Origin: Schmidtea polychroa
Lineage: Eukaryota
Direction of reading: 5' to 3'
NCBI GenBank assembly: GCA_044892525.1
Contig: CM097888.1
Location: forward strand, 17,608,001 to 17,672,000
DNA: 64,000 bases
Numbering within the stretch: the stretch's first letter is position 1; each line of letters begins with the position of its first letter. Positions 35,560 to 51,381 of this stretch are shown piece by piece. The notes under the pieces were generated by a model, which searched no databases, was not told where the DNA came from, and was given only the letters and a program-made list of their open reading frames with translations. The translations under genes and the position numbers were made by a program.

Positions 35560-38500
35560 ATGGTAAATAAATTTTTTGAGTTGTTAAAATAATATTATAA
35601 TTTCTAGTCTACTGGAAATAAAAAAAAAGGAGTTACTAAAAAGAGGAAGTTGTCTCAACAAGTAGATTAATTTATATTCAAATAATGAAAGATTTTTTTA
35701 TTTCAGACAACTAAAGTTTATGATAAAAAAATTAAAATTTCAAATAATATGGATTCTAATATTACATATAATGAAATTAATTTTGTTTCTACTAAACAAA
35801 CAGAAAAAACTATAAAACTATTCAGATTTTGTATTGAAAAACAAATGCCAATTTTGCTCACTGGCCCCGTTGGCAGCGGAAAATCAGTATTCATTGATTA
35901 TATGGCAAAATTAATGGGTAAAGAAATATGCAGAGTTCAGATTAGTGAGGAATCAGATTCTAAAACTCTACTAGGAGGGTATTGTTGTACTGAAATTCTT
36001 GGCGAATTCGAATGGTGTTTAGGGCCTTTGGTTACTGCAATGAGGCGTGGTCAATGGCTTATATTAGAAGATATTTTATCAGGTGAATCTAGTTTATTGG
36101 GAATGTTACGACCATTATTGGAGGCTGAGAGTTTGGGTTTGAAACCAAAAATATCTAGTATCGCATTAAATGAGGAAATAATTGCACATGAAGATTTCAG
36201 AATTATCCTCACTCAAAGTTTATTGGAATTTGACGAAGGATATCAAGAAATGAAATTCTCAGTCTACAATGTAAATTGCTTAAATAAATGTCAAACGATT
36301 TTAATTGATAAATTGCACACTGACAGTATTGAATCGGTAAATCTTTTTTTTTGATTTCATTGGTTTAAACGTGAAATAATAAATGACTGTTGTAGATTGT
36401 CAAATCGAATTACGGATCATTGATACCGTTGCTGCCGAAGTTACTTGGTGACCAAGGATTAATGGAACTGGTTTTCAAACAAGTTAATTTGAAATATCAG
36501 TGTAGAATAAACAGTCCTCGTGATTTGTTTAAGTTTTGCCATAGAATATCTAACATGAACAAATCTAACGAGAACGACGCTACTTGCTATTTCCTCGACG
36601 CAATTGACTGCTTCGTTCATCACATTCCAGATGCTAGATATAAAAAAGAACTCATGGTCTATCTTGGATGTATATTCAATTTGAATCAAACCCATGTATA
36701 CATATTGTCGTATTGATTGCCATTTGTTAATATTGATTAGGTCGAGAACATCCTTTTGCATAGGCAATGCAAAATTATAGGCGACGCTATTAGGGATAAT
36801 GTGATCAATATTGGACGAGTTGAATTGAAGAAAAAACAATGGAAAGCTCAGGATTCTATCAGGTGAGCTTCTAAACAATTTATATCCCAAGCTAAAATGA
36901 TTTCATTGATAAAATTTTTGAATAAACTGACAAATTTATACTGAGTTATTAAATTATTTAAAATAATTAAAGATAAAATTCATCCAATCACATTTAACTA
37001 GTGTATTAAGGCCCACCAATCATAATCCAGTGTTTAATTTTTATCAAATAGAATATGATTTATTTGTTGAAGTTTATTAAAAAAGTAATTTTTATTTAAA
37101 AACATTGAAAAATAAAATAGGAATCTTGATATTAATTAAACATTTTCATTATATATTGCAAATATATTTAATTCTAAAAATCTTACAAAAAAGTTATATA
37201 ACAAATTATTTTTATAGTGTTGCTTGTTTCGCCCAAACTCGACAAATGATGCAGTTACTGGAAACCTTGTCACGCTGTGTTTATATGAAAGAACCCGTAT
37301 TGCTTGTGAGTGAAACTGGCTGTGGGAAAACGTCCACTGTACAATATCTTAGTAGATTAGTAAATAGGAAATTGATTGTAATCAATATGAATCAACAAAG
37401 TGACAGTTCAGATTTATTAGGAGGGTGAGTTAAAAAAAGTTTTATTTCCGTTTGACGTATCACCTTTTTAGTTTCAAACCTGTAAATAGTATATCCACTG
37501 CCAAGGATAAGAAATTATTAGAGACAGAGTTTGGTGAATTGGTTCAGTTATTCTATAAAACATTTGAGATGTCATTTAACAAACAAAAGAATGATGTGTT
37601 CTTAGGCTATGTCAAAGTAAATTATTAGGTTGAATTCTATTCATTAATTGAATGTAGCAAGCTCATAGTATTGCAAATTACGATTTATTACTGAAGTTGA
37701 TTAGTAGTGAGATGATTAAAAAAGCAGTCTATGCATTGGATAGCATGTCGGAATCATTGAAGGAAGATTGGAAGAGATTTTATGAAACATGTGAAATCTT
37801 AGACCAGCGAATAAAGAAATCAAAATCTAACTTGATGTTCGCTTATATTGAAGGTGCATTAGTAGGAGCTATCAAAAATGGTGATTGGGTTTTGTTGGAT
37901 GAAATAAACTTGGCGTCGCCTGAAATGTTACAATGTCTTAGTGGCCTTTTGGAATCATCATCTGGATCATTGACATTAACAGAAAAAGGGTATTTATATC
38001 AACAAATTAATTTGTGAAATTATTTCAAATAACAGTGACGAAATTCCTGTGCCGCGACATTCGGATTTCCGATTATTTGCATGCATGAATCCAGCAACAG
38101 ATGTCGGTAAACAAAACTTACCCCAAGGGTTACGAAATCGTTTTACTGAAGTTTATCTTCACGAATTAACCGATATTGATGAATTGAGTGTGATTGTGAA
38201 ATATTATCTCGGATCTCTGAGTGGTAGAATTGTCGAATCGATCATCAATTTCTATTTGACACTACGAAAAGGGGTTGAGGAAAATATCATTATTGATGGC
38301 GGAGGAAATAATCCCCAGTTCAGTTTAAGGACTCTCTGTCGGGCATTGGAAGAAATCAAGAACATCAGTCAAAATGAGCTGTATAAAACGAGTACTATTC
38401 GTGCAATCTATGAGGTTTGACAAAGATGAAGATCGAATTTCGATTATTTTATTCTTTTAGGCATTCAGCTTTAGCTTCAAGTCACAGTTGAGTGACGAAT

Positions 38501-41500
38501 CTAGGAAAATATTCGATCAGAAATTTGTAGAACACCTAAAGATCGATATTAAGTCCATACAAAAAGGAACAATTTTATCGAAAAACGTAACAGCTGATCA
38601 TTTGGCTTTGAAACATTTCAAAGTAGTCATGGGATACCCGATAAAGATTGGATCGGAATATAAATATGACATTGAAGATACCGATGAATTTGTCAAAGGT
38701 TACAAAATCACAGAATCCACTTGTAAAAATCTAACGGATTTGGCTAGAATTGTATCAGCTGGGTGAGTTTTTTTATTGCTTAATTGATAATTAATTGAAA
38801 ATTTATATTTTAATATGAATAATAATTTTTAAAAACTTTAGAAAAGTATTGCCAGTTCTTATTCAAGGAGAAACCTCAGTTGGGAAAACCAGTCTCATTA
38901 CATATCTTGCAAAACTGACGGGTCATATTTGCCACCGAGTTAATAACCATGAAACTACCGATATTCAAGAATATATTGGTTCATATGTCCAGCAGAGTAC
39001 GAGTGAAACAACTAGTTCTTTTGTATTCAAAGAAGGGATTCTAGTTCAAGCAATGCGCCATGGCCATTGGATAATTCTTGATGAATTGAATTTGGCACCT
39101 ACTGATATTCTGGAAGCACTTAATCGAGTTCTGGATGATAATAGAGAGATTTTCATTGTCGAAACACAAACCACAATAAAAGCCCATCCGATGTTTCGAT
39201 TGTTTGCCACCCAAAACCCATCGGGATCGTATGGAGGAAGAAAAGCTCTTTCTAGAGCCCTTAGAAATCGATTTATTGAACTCCATTTCAACCCCATACC
39301 GAATTGTGAATTGGTGGAAATTCTCGATGAATCCTGTAAGATACCCAAGAGTAATGGTCGTAAAATGGTAGAAGCAATACGAAAATTACAAACTGCTTCT
39401 CAAGATTTGGAAAAAATCTCTCACTGCAAACAAAATTATATTACTCTTCGGGATTTATTTAGATGGGCTAGAAGAGTTTATTATGAACATAACAAATGCG
39501 ATAGATTTTTTGATTGGAATAGAACAATGGTTGAAGAAGGCTATTTGTTGTTAACGGGAAAAGCTCGATCAAAGGACGAAGTGAGCTTGATTGCGAATGT
39601 TTTGAACGAGGTTTTCCGAGTTTCTGATGTTCAATTAAACGATGAATGGTTTTACTCAACAAACGGATCAAACGTTACAAAAATAATTCTTGAGAAATGT
39701 TCCCAATTGCCGAATATTGCTAATATCGAATGGACCTTTGATTTCCGCAGAATAGCGGCGTTGCTTATTAGAGCGATTCAATGTGATGAACCAGTATTAT
39801 TGGTTGGCAATACTGGATGTGGAAAGACAACAATTTGTCAATTAGCTGCAATGCTCAATAATCAAGAACTCATGACAATAAACTGTCACATGCACACAGA
39901 TGCCAGCGATTTCTTGGGAAGTCTGAAGCCAACTGTTAATAAAACTGAGGTATTTATTTATTCCAATAATTATGAGCATCCACTTATTAACCAAATTACT
40001 AATCATTATTAATGAATATTAAATAATCAATATTAAAATAATTATTTTAAATAAATTTTCGAAATATAACATTTAATAAAATGAACAGCAGTACTGTTAT
40101 TGTTCCGATACCATTTCTATCAATTCTAAAATTAATTTTGTAGAATCCAACTCAACTATTCGAATGGGTTGATGGACCACTCGTTGTTGCAATGAAGCAA
40201 GGGAAAATGTTTCTTATTGATGAAATATCCCTGGCCGAGGATTCGGTTTTGGAAAGATTGAACAGTGTTTTGGAGAAAGATCGTAAATTGACACTGGTTG
40301 AAAATAGTGAAGCAAACCTGTTGTCGAGTGAAACGGAAATTCAGTCGATTCAAATTTGTGCTGATAGAAATTTCCAAATTGTTGCTACTATGAATCCGGG
40401 AGGAGATTATGGGAAAAAAGAACTATCACCGGCATTGAGAAACCGTTTCACTGAAATTTGGTGTTTCTCTGATTCTTGGTACACTACCGATAGCGGTAGT
40501 AACGATTGGATTCAAATTGCTACAAAAAATCTCACATCCATTACCGAAAGTGGAAATTCAAAATCTGTTGCAGAAATCATCGTGAGATTCCTGTTAATTG
40601 TCCAAAAAATATCTCATGAGATAAAGTATTTTTCACTTTTTCACAAAAATCAATATTGAATCGATTTTTTAAAATTAGGTTTTCAGTGGTAACAATCCGA
40701 GATTTACTGGCGTGGGTAAATTTCATCAACATATCGATCGGAAATCAAATTCCACTTTATCAATCGATTTTTCACGGTGCATATATGGTTATTATCGATT
40801 CTCTCAATGACAAGTTGAATAAATCATTTTACGAAGAATTGCTGATAAGGGAACTCGATAATTTAGTGAAATCGATTTTGCCAGATATTGTCCAATGTCA
40901 CGATTTTAAATCCAACTGTTTCGAGTTGACTGTCAAAGAAAACAAAGTCGGAATTGATCCGTTTTACGTTGAATTGGGTTCGTATTCCGATTGGAGTTTG
41001 TTGTCGAATCTGGAAAATTCATCGAAAAATTTCCAATACAGTTTCAATAACAACACAACCGGATCGAATATCTATCGATTATTGCGTGCACTACAGATCA
41101 GTAAGAAACCGTTGCTATTGGAAGGGAGTCCAGGCGTTGGTAAAACGAGTTTAGTTACTCAACTCGCGAAACTTGTCGGATTTAGAGTTGTGAGGATAAA
41201 TTTATCGGAACAAACGGACGCTAATGATCTGTTCGGTGGTTTCTTACCGAATGAGAACGGGAAAGCCGGTGAGTTGTCATGGAGAGATGGGCCATTTTTG
41301 CAGGCATTGAAAGCAGGTGATTGGATATTGTTGGATGAAATGAATTTGGCGTCTCAGTCGGTGTTGGAGTGTTTAAATGCCTGTCTAGATCACCGGGGCG
41401 AGATATTTATTCCGGAAATCAATCAGACATTCACAGTGAAACCAGGAACAACTCGATTGTTTGCCTGCCAAAATCCACTCAGTGAAGGTGGCGGCCGAAA

Positions 41501-44500
41501 ATGTCTTCCGATGTCTTTTGTAAATAGATTTACCCAAGTCTACATGAGCAGCCTATCAGACAGCGATTACAGATATATTCTCACCTGTCTCTATCCATCG
41601 ATAACTCGAGAAACGATTGGTTTCATTGTCGATTTCGTGCGAGATTTACGTGAAAATGTAATAGTGGAGAAGAAATTCGGCGTTAAAGGCAGTCCATGGG
41701 AATTCAATTTGCGTGATTTGTGTAGATGGTGTGATTTAATGGTCAAGCATCAACACGATAACCATGAGCCATCGTTTTTTGTGAATTTGTTGTTTATCGA
41801 TCGGTTTAGAACCAAGGCAGACCAGGAGGCATGTGGAAAGCTTTACAATGAATTGGCCAATAAATCCCAATTTGCAAGATTCATTCCCAACAGTTTGGAC
41901 TTGTATATCACTGGTGAAGCATTGAAAATCGGACAGACTGGAATCCGCGTAAATATTGGAAATACGACTGAGAACAGCAAGAAATTCGATAAACATCTCT
42001 TATTGGCTGGACAGTTGTCAATCCTGGAATCGATTATGCAAACAGTCGATATGGGTTGGCTTACGGTTTTGGTGGGACCTGCTGGAACTGGAAAAACGAC
42101 AATTGTCCAATTGTTATCCGACATCACCGGAAATACTCTTAGATCAATGTCAATGAATTCGGCAATGGATACGAGTGATTTATTGGGATCTTTGGAGCAA
42201 CAAAAGAAAGGTGGTAAATTTAAATGGGTCGATAGCACTTTAGTGAAAGCATTACGACAAGGAGATTGGTTGATTTTAGACACGGTAAATTTCTGTTCCG
42301 CATCTGTTCTCGATCGATTGAATGGACTGTTGGAACCGAATGGTAGTCTTTTGTTAACTGAACGCGGATTAGTTGATGGTGATATACTGGAAGAAATAAA
42401 GCCCCATAAAAACTTTCGACTCTTTCTACTTCTCGATCCAGAATGTGGTGGAGAAATCTCTAAAGCGATGAGAAATCGAGGCCTGGAAATATGCCTGGTT
42501 CCTGATAATCTGGAACTGACTCTAACCGATAACGATTTATTGGCAATATTATTGACCATTTATAAATTGAGTGTGAAAAATGCCGATAATTTATTGAGGT
42601 TTCACAAAACAATGATTTTAGCCCAATCGGAAACATCGAAAATAAAAATCGGTAATATCAATTCATTGATTCAAGCAGCAAAATTGATCAATGATGGAAA
42701 CTCACTGGATCAGAGTTTGAGATCGGTTTACGGTGATATTCAGATGATTTTCAATGTTCGTGAGGATGTCAATAGATTTATTGGTGATTGTAATGAAGAA
42801 GCCATTGATTATGAGGAAATGGATCAAGATGGATCCTCCTTATTGTTTAATATCATTACCCAACCAAAGAAATGTATGTTTTTACGGCATGCAAAAGCTC
42901 TAAAGAAAACATTAAAAAGTCACCCAATTATAAGCGATAATGAAAAATTGATTGCGTGCCAATTATTCCTTCAATATTCTACACTTGATGACTTGCCCAA
43001 TCGTTTAGAGTTTGTAGAATTTGATGAAGAATTAGCAACAGTTTGCAGAAAGATTGTGAATGCCATTCATATATTCCCCAATTCGACCAATCGTTGTCTG
43101 CCAATTGATTTTCGATGGTTACCGAACTGGAGAGAATTTCAATTGGTTGATTTTCGAGAAATTAATCGATTTCTATTTTCGATTTACAATATCGAAAATA
43201 ATGTTTTGGAATCGAAGAGCTTGGATATCCCAGCAAATATTCGTCCCAGTGAATTGACTCAGACTGCAATTATGAAATTCAATGTTGCGCAACTCGCTAA
43301 ATTCGTTAGCGCTGGAAAATTATCCCAGAATCATCTTTCAAATCTCGTTGGATTCGATAAATCGATCGGTCGATTTATTGATCAGTTTCTATCAATTGAT
43401 ATGTCATTGAACCTTGGCGGAGTGGATAATTTCTTGGAAATGAGAAATGTTTGTAAACTGTTCAAACGATTTATCGAGACTTACCCCAATGAAAGCTTTC
43501 ATTGGCGAAGCACTTGTGTTTATCATTTAACATCGATTTTCAATTGTTTGACTAATAAAGAAAATAGTGCTTTTGATGAACTATTGGAAATTTGCGAACA
43601 GATATTGGATAAAATTAACAAAATCGATTTGAGTCATTGTTTGGAATTCATTGAAAATGACGAGATCAAGGAAGCGGGAATTAAACGAAATGATCTGAGA
43701 ATCAATTATCCTCATAGACCACTGGCAATTACTGAGAGCGAGATTGAAAATATACAATTGATGGGTTCGGATAAATCGATATCGGTATGGAAACCCTCCG
43801 GTGAAGAAGAATTGAAAAAAGGATTGTGTAAAATGTTTTTATCTTTGTCTCCTATCAAAGAACAGGAAAATATGAATATCAATGAATTAGTAAATCATTT
43901 CGATGTTGAAACCGTTCGTATATGGCCATTGACTTTGAATTTATTGTCTCATATTTTCAACTCATGTACCGGACCGAATTCCATCGAATCAATTCAGAAA
44001 TTTCTGTCGGGTAATTCAGAAATCAAGAATTTTCTGCCTCCTTTGCCATTTAATCTCGAAGAAAAGTTACCGGAATTTTCGGATTTGGAAAAATTCTCCA
44101 CTAAATTCACAAGTCTTTCTGATTGGTCGAATTATATCATTCGCCAGGGGCATTTAGTTAAGGCCATTTCGAGTTGCAGTTATCATTTTGACAGTGATAC
44201 TGATGAGTATCAACTAGTTGTCGATTCCTCATCGTCATACTTGCAATCGCAAATCAATAAAATCTGGAAAAATCCAGACTGTGCTGTATTCTTATTGGTT
44301 AATGGGCGTCGATGTCATAATGATACGATTGGTTATTTCAATAGTGTTTGCACTAATAACTCAACTAAGCGATGCATTCGCTCGATTGAAACTCGTAAAT
44401 TGCAACTGGAATTTTCGAAACAACTCTATATTGAATGTGCATCAATACTCACAAGTGAGCAGATACGAATTACCCGTGAATTGAAGTTATTAAAGGATTT

Positions 44501-47500
44501 AAGCAATATACAACGCCATTGTATAGAGGCATGTTGGAATGGATTGGGTAGTTTAGAGGAATGGTTGAAAACACGGTTTCCATGGTTTTTGGCTCTAGAA
44601 AATGATATTTTCAATTTAAACCAAACAGAAAATCCCGACGTAATGTTAGCCATTGGAAAGCTCTGGATTAGATGGGGTTGTGTTCAATTGAAATTATTTA
44701 CACTCATGGAATCGTTAGATCCGCAATCGCAACTGTTTTGGGAATCGAAATATCTCAGTGAGGAATTGGATCAGGTTTACAAGGAGAAACAATTGGGAAA
44801 TCTCTACCGAGAATATTTAACGGGTGTTAAACAAAGCAACATTACCGAACGATGCTGGAGTGAGCATGGGTTACAACATCCTCTTCTCCATTCAATGTCA
44901 ACAAGAATCGACCAACTACAAACCAGCTTGTCGAAATTAACCGAAAACATTGGATTGAGACCTTGCAGTGATGAAAAATACAACGATTTACGATTGAAAA
45001 CTTTGAGATATCTTTCAAAATATGGCTGGAATGCTTTCTGTAACGAATCAATGGAATCGGTATTGGAATTCGATTCCACATTCAGTACTGAATGGAGTTT
45101 AGCATCATCGGAAATATTGAATTTCTACTTCCAGCAAGAAAACAGCCTAATGTTCCCAGATCTCATTGAACCGCTGACATTAGGAATTTCTCGAGTGTTA
45201 GTTGGAATTGAAATAATCGATAGTAAAACGAAAAAACCAAACGAAAAATCTCAAAACGCATCTAAAATCTGTGAAATATTCTGCCAGTTTCCCAACAATA
45301 ACATTAATGAAATGGTGGAAAGGATTTTGAATGAAGAAACAGCAATTCTCCGGTGTTGCCAAAATCTCATCGGAGATTGCACTCCATCAATGCTCGCTAG
45401 AATCCATATCCGATTGTTGCACTTGTGTTTGCGGTTGTTGGATTTTTCACAATCTATAAAATCCGAAAAATTAACACTTCTCCATCGATTGTTATCGATT
45501 TTCAGCAATTTATGGACCAAGCAACAACAGAAACAACTGGAAAAAGAAGAAGCTGAATCTTCGATGTATGTCGAAAGGAATAAACTTACTGAGAATTTAA
45601 CTGAAGAAGAAATTGAAAATCTGGAAATATTTATGAATGTTTGTCCAACCGAACAACAGGGCTTCGATGACCAACACATGCAAATGTCTGCTTCTATGAG
45701 TTCAGCTGCTACGAAACTCCATGAAATGCAGCAACGATTGACTTCAATCAATTCCGGGTTGACATTAGATGAAGATACGATCCATTCCGTTGTCAATTTA
45801 ACATCTCGTATCTTGAATAGCAGCAATAACAGTTCTATTGACGAGAAGCTGGATTCAACGGTGTTTAGAGATTGTTATCGGTTTGCAGCTGCTTTGATTA
45901 GTGCAGATAATCACAGCATTCCCTATGATGAATGTAATTTGTTTGCCGCCAATTTCTCTGCACTCAATTGGGAATATGATAGTTTATCGCACGGTGGATC
46001 TGAGATTACAATTGGACGTCCTCATGATATCTATCAAGATCCGATTGATGTTGATAATCTGCTTCAAGCTCAGAAAATCCTGCCGAATATAAATATCAGC
46101 GTTACGAAGTTATTGGGAATCTATCCCGAACACACAACACTAATCAATATTCAAAAGAAAATCAATAATATTCTAAATTTGTCTGGCGATTACTCGTTAA
46201 TTGTGTTTATCAATAATGTCGAGCGATTAATCCATGAAATTAACCAATGGGAAATAGTAGCAGCCCGCCACGTGTCATTGATTCAACACGTGGATGAGTT
46301 GAACAGTTTGCTAGTTAGCTGGCGACATCAAGAACTGTCAATGTGGGAGAACACGATTTCCACTGCCAATTGGCAATTGGAACGTGCTGTTTCTCAGGAA
46401 TTTTTCAATCACTACAACCTGATTGTGCAAGAATCCAATAAAACACAATACGATAACGATTTTGAGTCGATAAATTTGATTTTGGAACCGATTTTGAATT
46501 CTCTCCACAATTCTACAGTAGGAAACTTTGAATATCGATTGAAAAATATGAAACTATCGATTGAGTCTTTGATTTCAAATCAAGAAATCGATAATCGATT
46601 CAAAGATCGACTCCAATATATCCTGTTAAATCATTACGATTTCTATCGACTTTATCTCGTCAACGTCCAAGAGCATTTATCCAGTGAATACAAAAGAATC
46701 GGAAAGGAATTAAAAGATTTTATCAAAACGAAAAGATGGGGCAAAACACCACCGAAAATAACCGATGTGCTAAAATGCCATAAAATCGTTTTCAAATACA
46801 AACGTCAATGGAGTGGAATCATAAATCAACCGTGCACGAAATACTTTGTTCTTTCACCGATAAATGCGCTGAAACAAGTCAATTTAATTGATATGGCAAA
46901 TAGTGCCGAATGTGGTATTGATTTTTCGAAATCGAAATTATCTGATTGGTGCGCAAATATGTTGGAATATTGTCGGGAAATGTGGGAAACTATGGAGAAC
47001 TTTCAAAGAGAAACTAAGAAATTAGAAGAGATATCAGTTGTTCATGCTAAAAATGAAGATGATAAAGAAGTTTTGGAGAAAAAATGGAGAATGAGTGTGA
47101 AAAATCTTCAACAACGTAAGAGAAATTGTGTCACTCAATTTGTGAAAGAATTGCGAGAAATGGGACTCGTGGCGCATGGATCAGATTTACCGAGGAAAAC
47201 CGCGTTAATGACTCATTTGCCATTGGGAGATATTGAAAATTTACAATTGCCCTTTAATACCATTCGCTGTCTCAGTCTCCGGTTAGAAGTCGACGATTCA
47301 GATAAATCAGAAGAGTTTGCAAAGTTCAATGATTTCAAAAACCGCTTGATAAGTATTTGTGATCATTTGATATCGATTGCATTCACAAATACCACCAGAA
47401 TTAAAAATTTCCAAAGTGACTTTAAAATCGTTCAAAATTCAATCGAACTTTTATCCAATACTTGCCAATCGGAAATTATCGCTATTCAAGATCCGACAGA

Positions 47501-50500
47501 CATCGAACAAATTTTTTCTCAAATCACTTCAAATAACTGTGAAAAAATTAGCCAATGGGATTTGTTTATAGAAAATCTCAAAACAACGACTTGTTCTAGA
47601 AAATTTCCCAGTTTATTATCCGACGAGTTGAAACCGAGTTTATTAACTCGCTTTGATAATAGCGATTCCGTTAAATCCCTTAGAAAGCAAATCAGCCATG
47701 TCAATGTGCCAAAAAGTTATATAATCAATGCGAAACATGTGGAATGCCTAAATCAACAAAAGTCAATAATAAAAGGAATAAATGAATTGATAGAAATTGT
47801 AAGAAATCGATTCTCCCCAGAACACAAGAAAATCAATTCATATATAGCTGAGAGTTTATCGACATTCAATGAATCCAATGAAAGAGTGATTATAGAAATT
47901 GAAACGAAACTCCAGGTAGCAAATGATAATTTCATGGACACTGAAGATAGTTTTGATGGTTTTGTCAATGAATTAGGAGCTGTAATAAACGATAAAATGT
48001 CTGCATTCAAAAGTATTTTACTCACTGATAATATCGATACTTCGTTTATTAAAGTGAATAATCACATTGATGCATTGGTGCAGAATCTCGATTCACAGAA
48101 AATATTTGATTTGTTTACGAAAATAAAAAACTTTTTCTGTGATTTAAATATAAATCAAGTTAATAAGTTCAGAAACTTGATCAATGAAGTGATATTACCG
48201 AAATTGAGGTGTCTTGAAATTGTTGAAAGGGAATTTTTGACGCTTCTATTAAATTATTACAATGTGCTAATTTCTGCAACGGATGCTCTTTTGACTGTGA
48301 TAACGAAATTGATGAAAGAAGGTTTCTGCATCCCCAATGATTCTGCGTGGAAAAATGAAGAGGAAAATTCAAATTCAAATGAAAAGATGAATGATTTTGA
48401 AATGGCTGGAATGGATGGTGGTGTTGGTACTAATGATGTGACTGATGAAATAGAATCAGAATGTCAAATCGAAGGAAATAACAAAGATAAAGAAAAGGAT
48501 GAGACAGAGAATCAACAAGATATTCCGGATGAAGATAATGGAATTGAAATGACTGATGACTTTAATGGGAAAATGCATGATCCAGAAATTGACGAATCAA
48601 AAGAAAATGATAACAATGATGAAGAATTAAATGATTTGGAAGATAAAATGGGTGAAGTTGGAAATGCTCCAGAAACAGATGTTAATAAAGAAGCATGGGA
48701 TAACGAAAAGCAAGAAGAAGAAAACGAGAAAGAAAATAAAAATAAAGATGAAAGAAAAGGTGGAGTTTCTGAAGAAAATACAATGGAGATGGTGGGTAAT
48801 GATAATGAAGAAAATTCGAAATCAGAGGGTGCTAATAAAGAAAATACAAATGAATCAAAAGAAGAAGAAATTCAAGAAACTGATGATGGACACGTGCAAG
48901 ACATAGGTGATTTTAAAGATAATGAAGATTCAAAGGATCAGGAAAACGTCCCAGAAAATATGAGTGAAGAACCCGAAAAACTCGATGATACTGAAGAAGA
49001 GAAAAATCCATTAGATGATTTTTGGAACGAAGAATCTCAAATGGATATTGAAGCTGATTCAAATCAAGTCGAAGACACTGATATTCCAGAAGAGGTAAAT
49101 GAAGAAAATATTGATGAATTGCATCCAATAGACACACAGGAAGAAGAAGAAAAGGATGTAATTGGTAATACAGTGGAACAAGAAATTAATATGACAGGTG
49201 GAATTGATGCTAATGAAAATCATGAAATGACTTGTGAGAACGAAAATAATGAAGAAAATACTGAAGTAGGAGCTACTGGGAATGGCAGTGGAAGTAGCAA
49301 TTCGATGAATACAGAAAATGCTGAAGGAAATATTGATAACAATGAACCGAAATCTGATAATACAGAATCTTTAGATAAAAATCAGGATCTCTCATCAAAG
49401 CCCTCTGAAAATAGAACATTAGGTGATGTAAATCAAATATTTAAAAGAAAAGCAGAAATTTTAGATGAAAATAAATCCGATGATAATAAACGTCCAAGGA
49501 CAACAGATGCGTTTAGTCATATAGATACGGAAAATCCTGTAGAATCCACTGAACAGATATTGGACGATGCTACTGCAGAGCAACAGCAACATATTCCAGA
49601 AATAAATGAGGAAGAAGACGTTATGATGGAAGAAAATTATGCGATTGATAATGAGAAAACGAACGAACTTGAAACGCAGAACATGTTGAATGAAGTTGAT
49701 CACAATGATATTAAAAAAAATAAACATAATGATAAAACTGAAATTGAGATTCAACCGGAAGAAAAGAAAATTGAACGTTTAACTTGGTCTCAATATAAAT
49801 CTAAAGCCGATTATCTTTCTCGTCAAGCATGTGAAATGTTTAGAACAGTTCTGGAACCTACTAAAGCCAGTAAACTCGGAGGAGCTTATAGAACTGGAAA
49901 AAGACTTAATATGAAAAAAGTTATTCCTTATATTGCATCTGGATTCATTAAGGATAAGATATGGATGAGAAGGATTAAACCAAGTCAACGTGAATATCAA
50001 ATAATAATCGGGGCTGACAATTCCAAGTCAATGGCGTTTAATATCAACCATCAATTGTTCTTTGAAAGTCTTGCAATTGTTTTGGAAAGTTTAACGCTTC
50101 TTGAAGCCGGACAAATTGGACTATGTAAATTCGGTGATAGAGTCGAAGTTGTTCTTCCATTGAACGAGCAGTACAGTTCCGAAATCGGAAATAAAATAAT
50201 TGAAACTTTTGATTTTTCTGACAAATGTTCTAAATTCAATCCGATATTAGAGCAATCTATTAAAATGTTTCAAGAAAATCAAAACTTTCATTCGTCTTCT
50301 GGAATTAGATCACAACTTCTATTGTTGCTCTCTGATGGGGGTATGTCCGAAGATGTCTCAGATCCCAAATTGATTAGTTTAATAAGACAAGCACACAAAA
50401 AAGGAATTTTCGTGATAGTGATTATATTGGACAATGCCGATTCAAAGGTTTTTATAAATTTATATATGATAATTTTATTTTTATTATTTTCAGGAGTCTA

Positions 50501-50679
50501 TTTTGAATTTGAAAACTGTCATTAATGATGGATGTGATTTTGTCAGATTTCTTGATGTATTTCCCTTTCAGAATTATACAATTCTTCAAAATGCTACGAA
50601 TTTGCCAACTCTTTTAACTAATTTGTTACGGCAATGGTTTGAGTTGTCATCAAGGGACGATATGGGTCCTGGTCGATAA
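35560..50679 (+). CDS. MDN1: midasin AAA ATPase, 14 exons, 4672 aa
   Basis: Six AAA modules (GPVGSGKS, SETGCGKT, GETSVGKT, GNTGCGKT, GSPGVGKT, GPAGTGKT), a linker, a D/E-rich tail and the MIDAS domain DNSKS...SDG ending LRQWFEL. Exons 35560-35562, 35608-35661, 35707-36336, 36396-36695, 36741-36862, 37218-37424, 37472-37616, 37658-37989, 38036-38414, 38461-38762, 38842-39949, 40144-40625, 40679-50447 and 50494-50679 are phase-consistent with GT-AG introns. Confidence 0.95.
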
Positions 50680-51158
50680 ATTATGCTATTAATAAAAGTT
50701 ATCTTTCTTATTTGATACTAATTTTATTAAATTTTGAAAAGTTGGGCTACAACCGATGTAGTGTTTTTATTTGTATGTTCAATAACCCATTAACATTTAT
50801 GTCGCTTTAATTTGTCATCGTTTAAGCTTCTAATTTCATGTGGCTTATCAGTTATCTCGTTTGGCGCGTTTCAAAATTATTAAAAGAAACTATATACACC
50901 CAACTCTTTTTTTACTCGGTATATACGTTCGAACGAAAATCATGTAAAAAATGCATGTTAACTGTAGTAGAATTTTACATTTTTTAAATATGATTACGAA
51001 CCAAAACAGAACCTCAATTAGGTTTTATTTTTACTTCTGTTTTGGCGTTCTCAATTTCCTGAAACTAAAATTATAAATTGACAAAATAAAAAAATCGATT
51101 TAGAAATTTAAATATCCCATAAAACAGAAAGTTATATAGAGGATTAATCTTAAGATAC

Positions 51159-51381
51159 TCAAGAACAAAGTTCCGAAAAAGATAAAAAAGAAAATTATAA
51201 AACCTAAACAATTCGAGATTAAAGTTCTGAAGAATATTAAAAGGAATATTATCAAACATTAATAATTCAAGAACAAAGTTCCGAAAAAGATAAAAAAGAA
51301 AATTATAAAACCTAAACCATTCGAGATTAAAGTTCTGAAAAATATTAAAAGGAATAAAAAGATAAAAAAGAAAATTATAAA
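51159..51381. repeat. 108-bp tandem duplication (two copies plus a partial)
   Basis: The unit TCAAGAACAAAGTTCCGAAAAAGATAAAAAAG... starts at 51159 and 51267. Confidence 0.9.

Noticed and set aside
40156-50239. Many short antisense or alternate-frame ORFs over midasin (and at 27127-27437 over the Cache gene, 58992-59383 over PSMB5)
   Set aside because: Expected shadows of long coding exons, with no motifs of their own.
51159-51381. CRISPR-like array
   Set aside because: This is a eukaryotic context with a simple 108-bp tandem duplication and no unique spacers.
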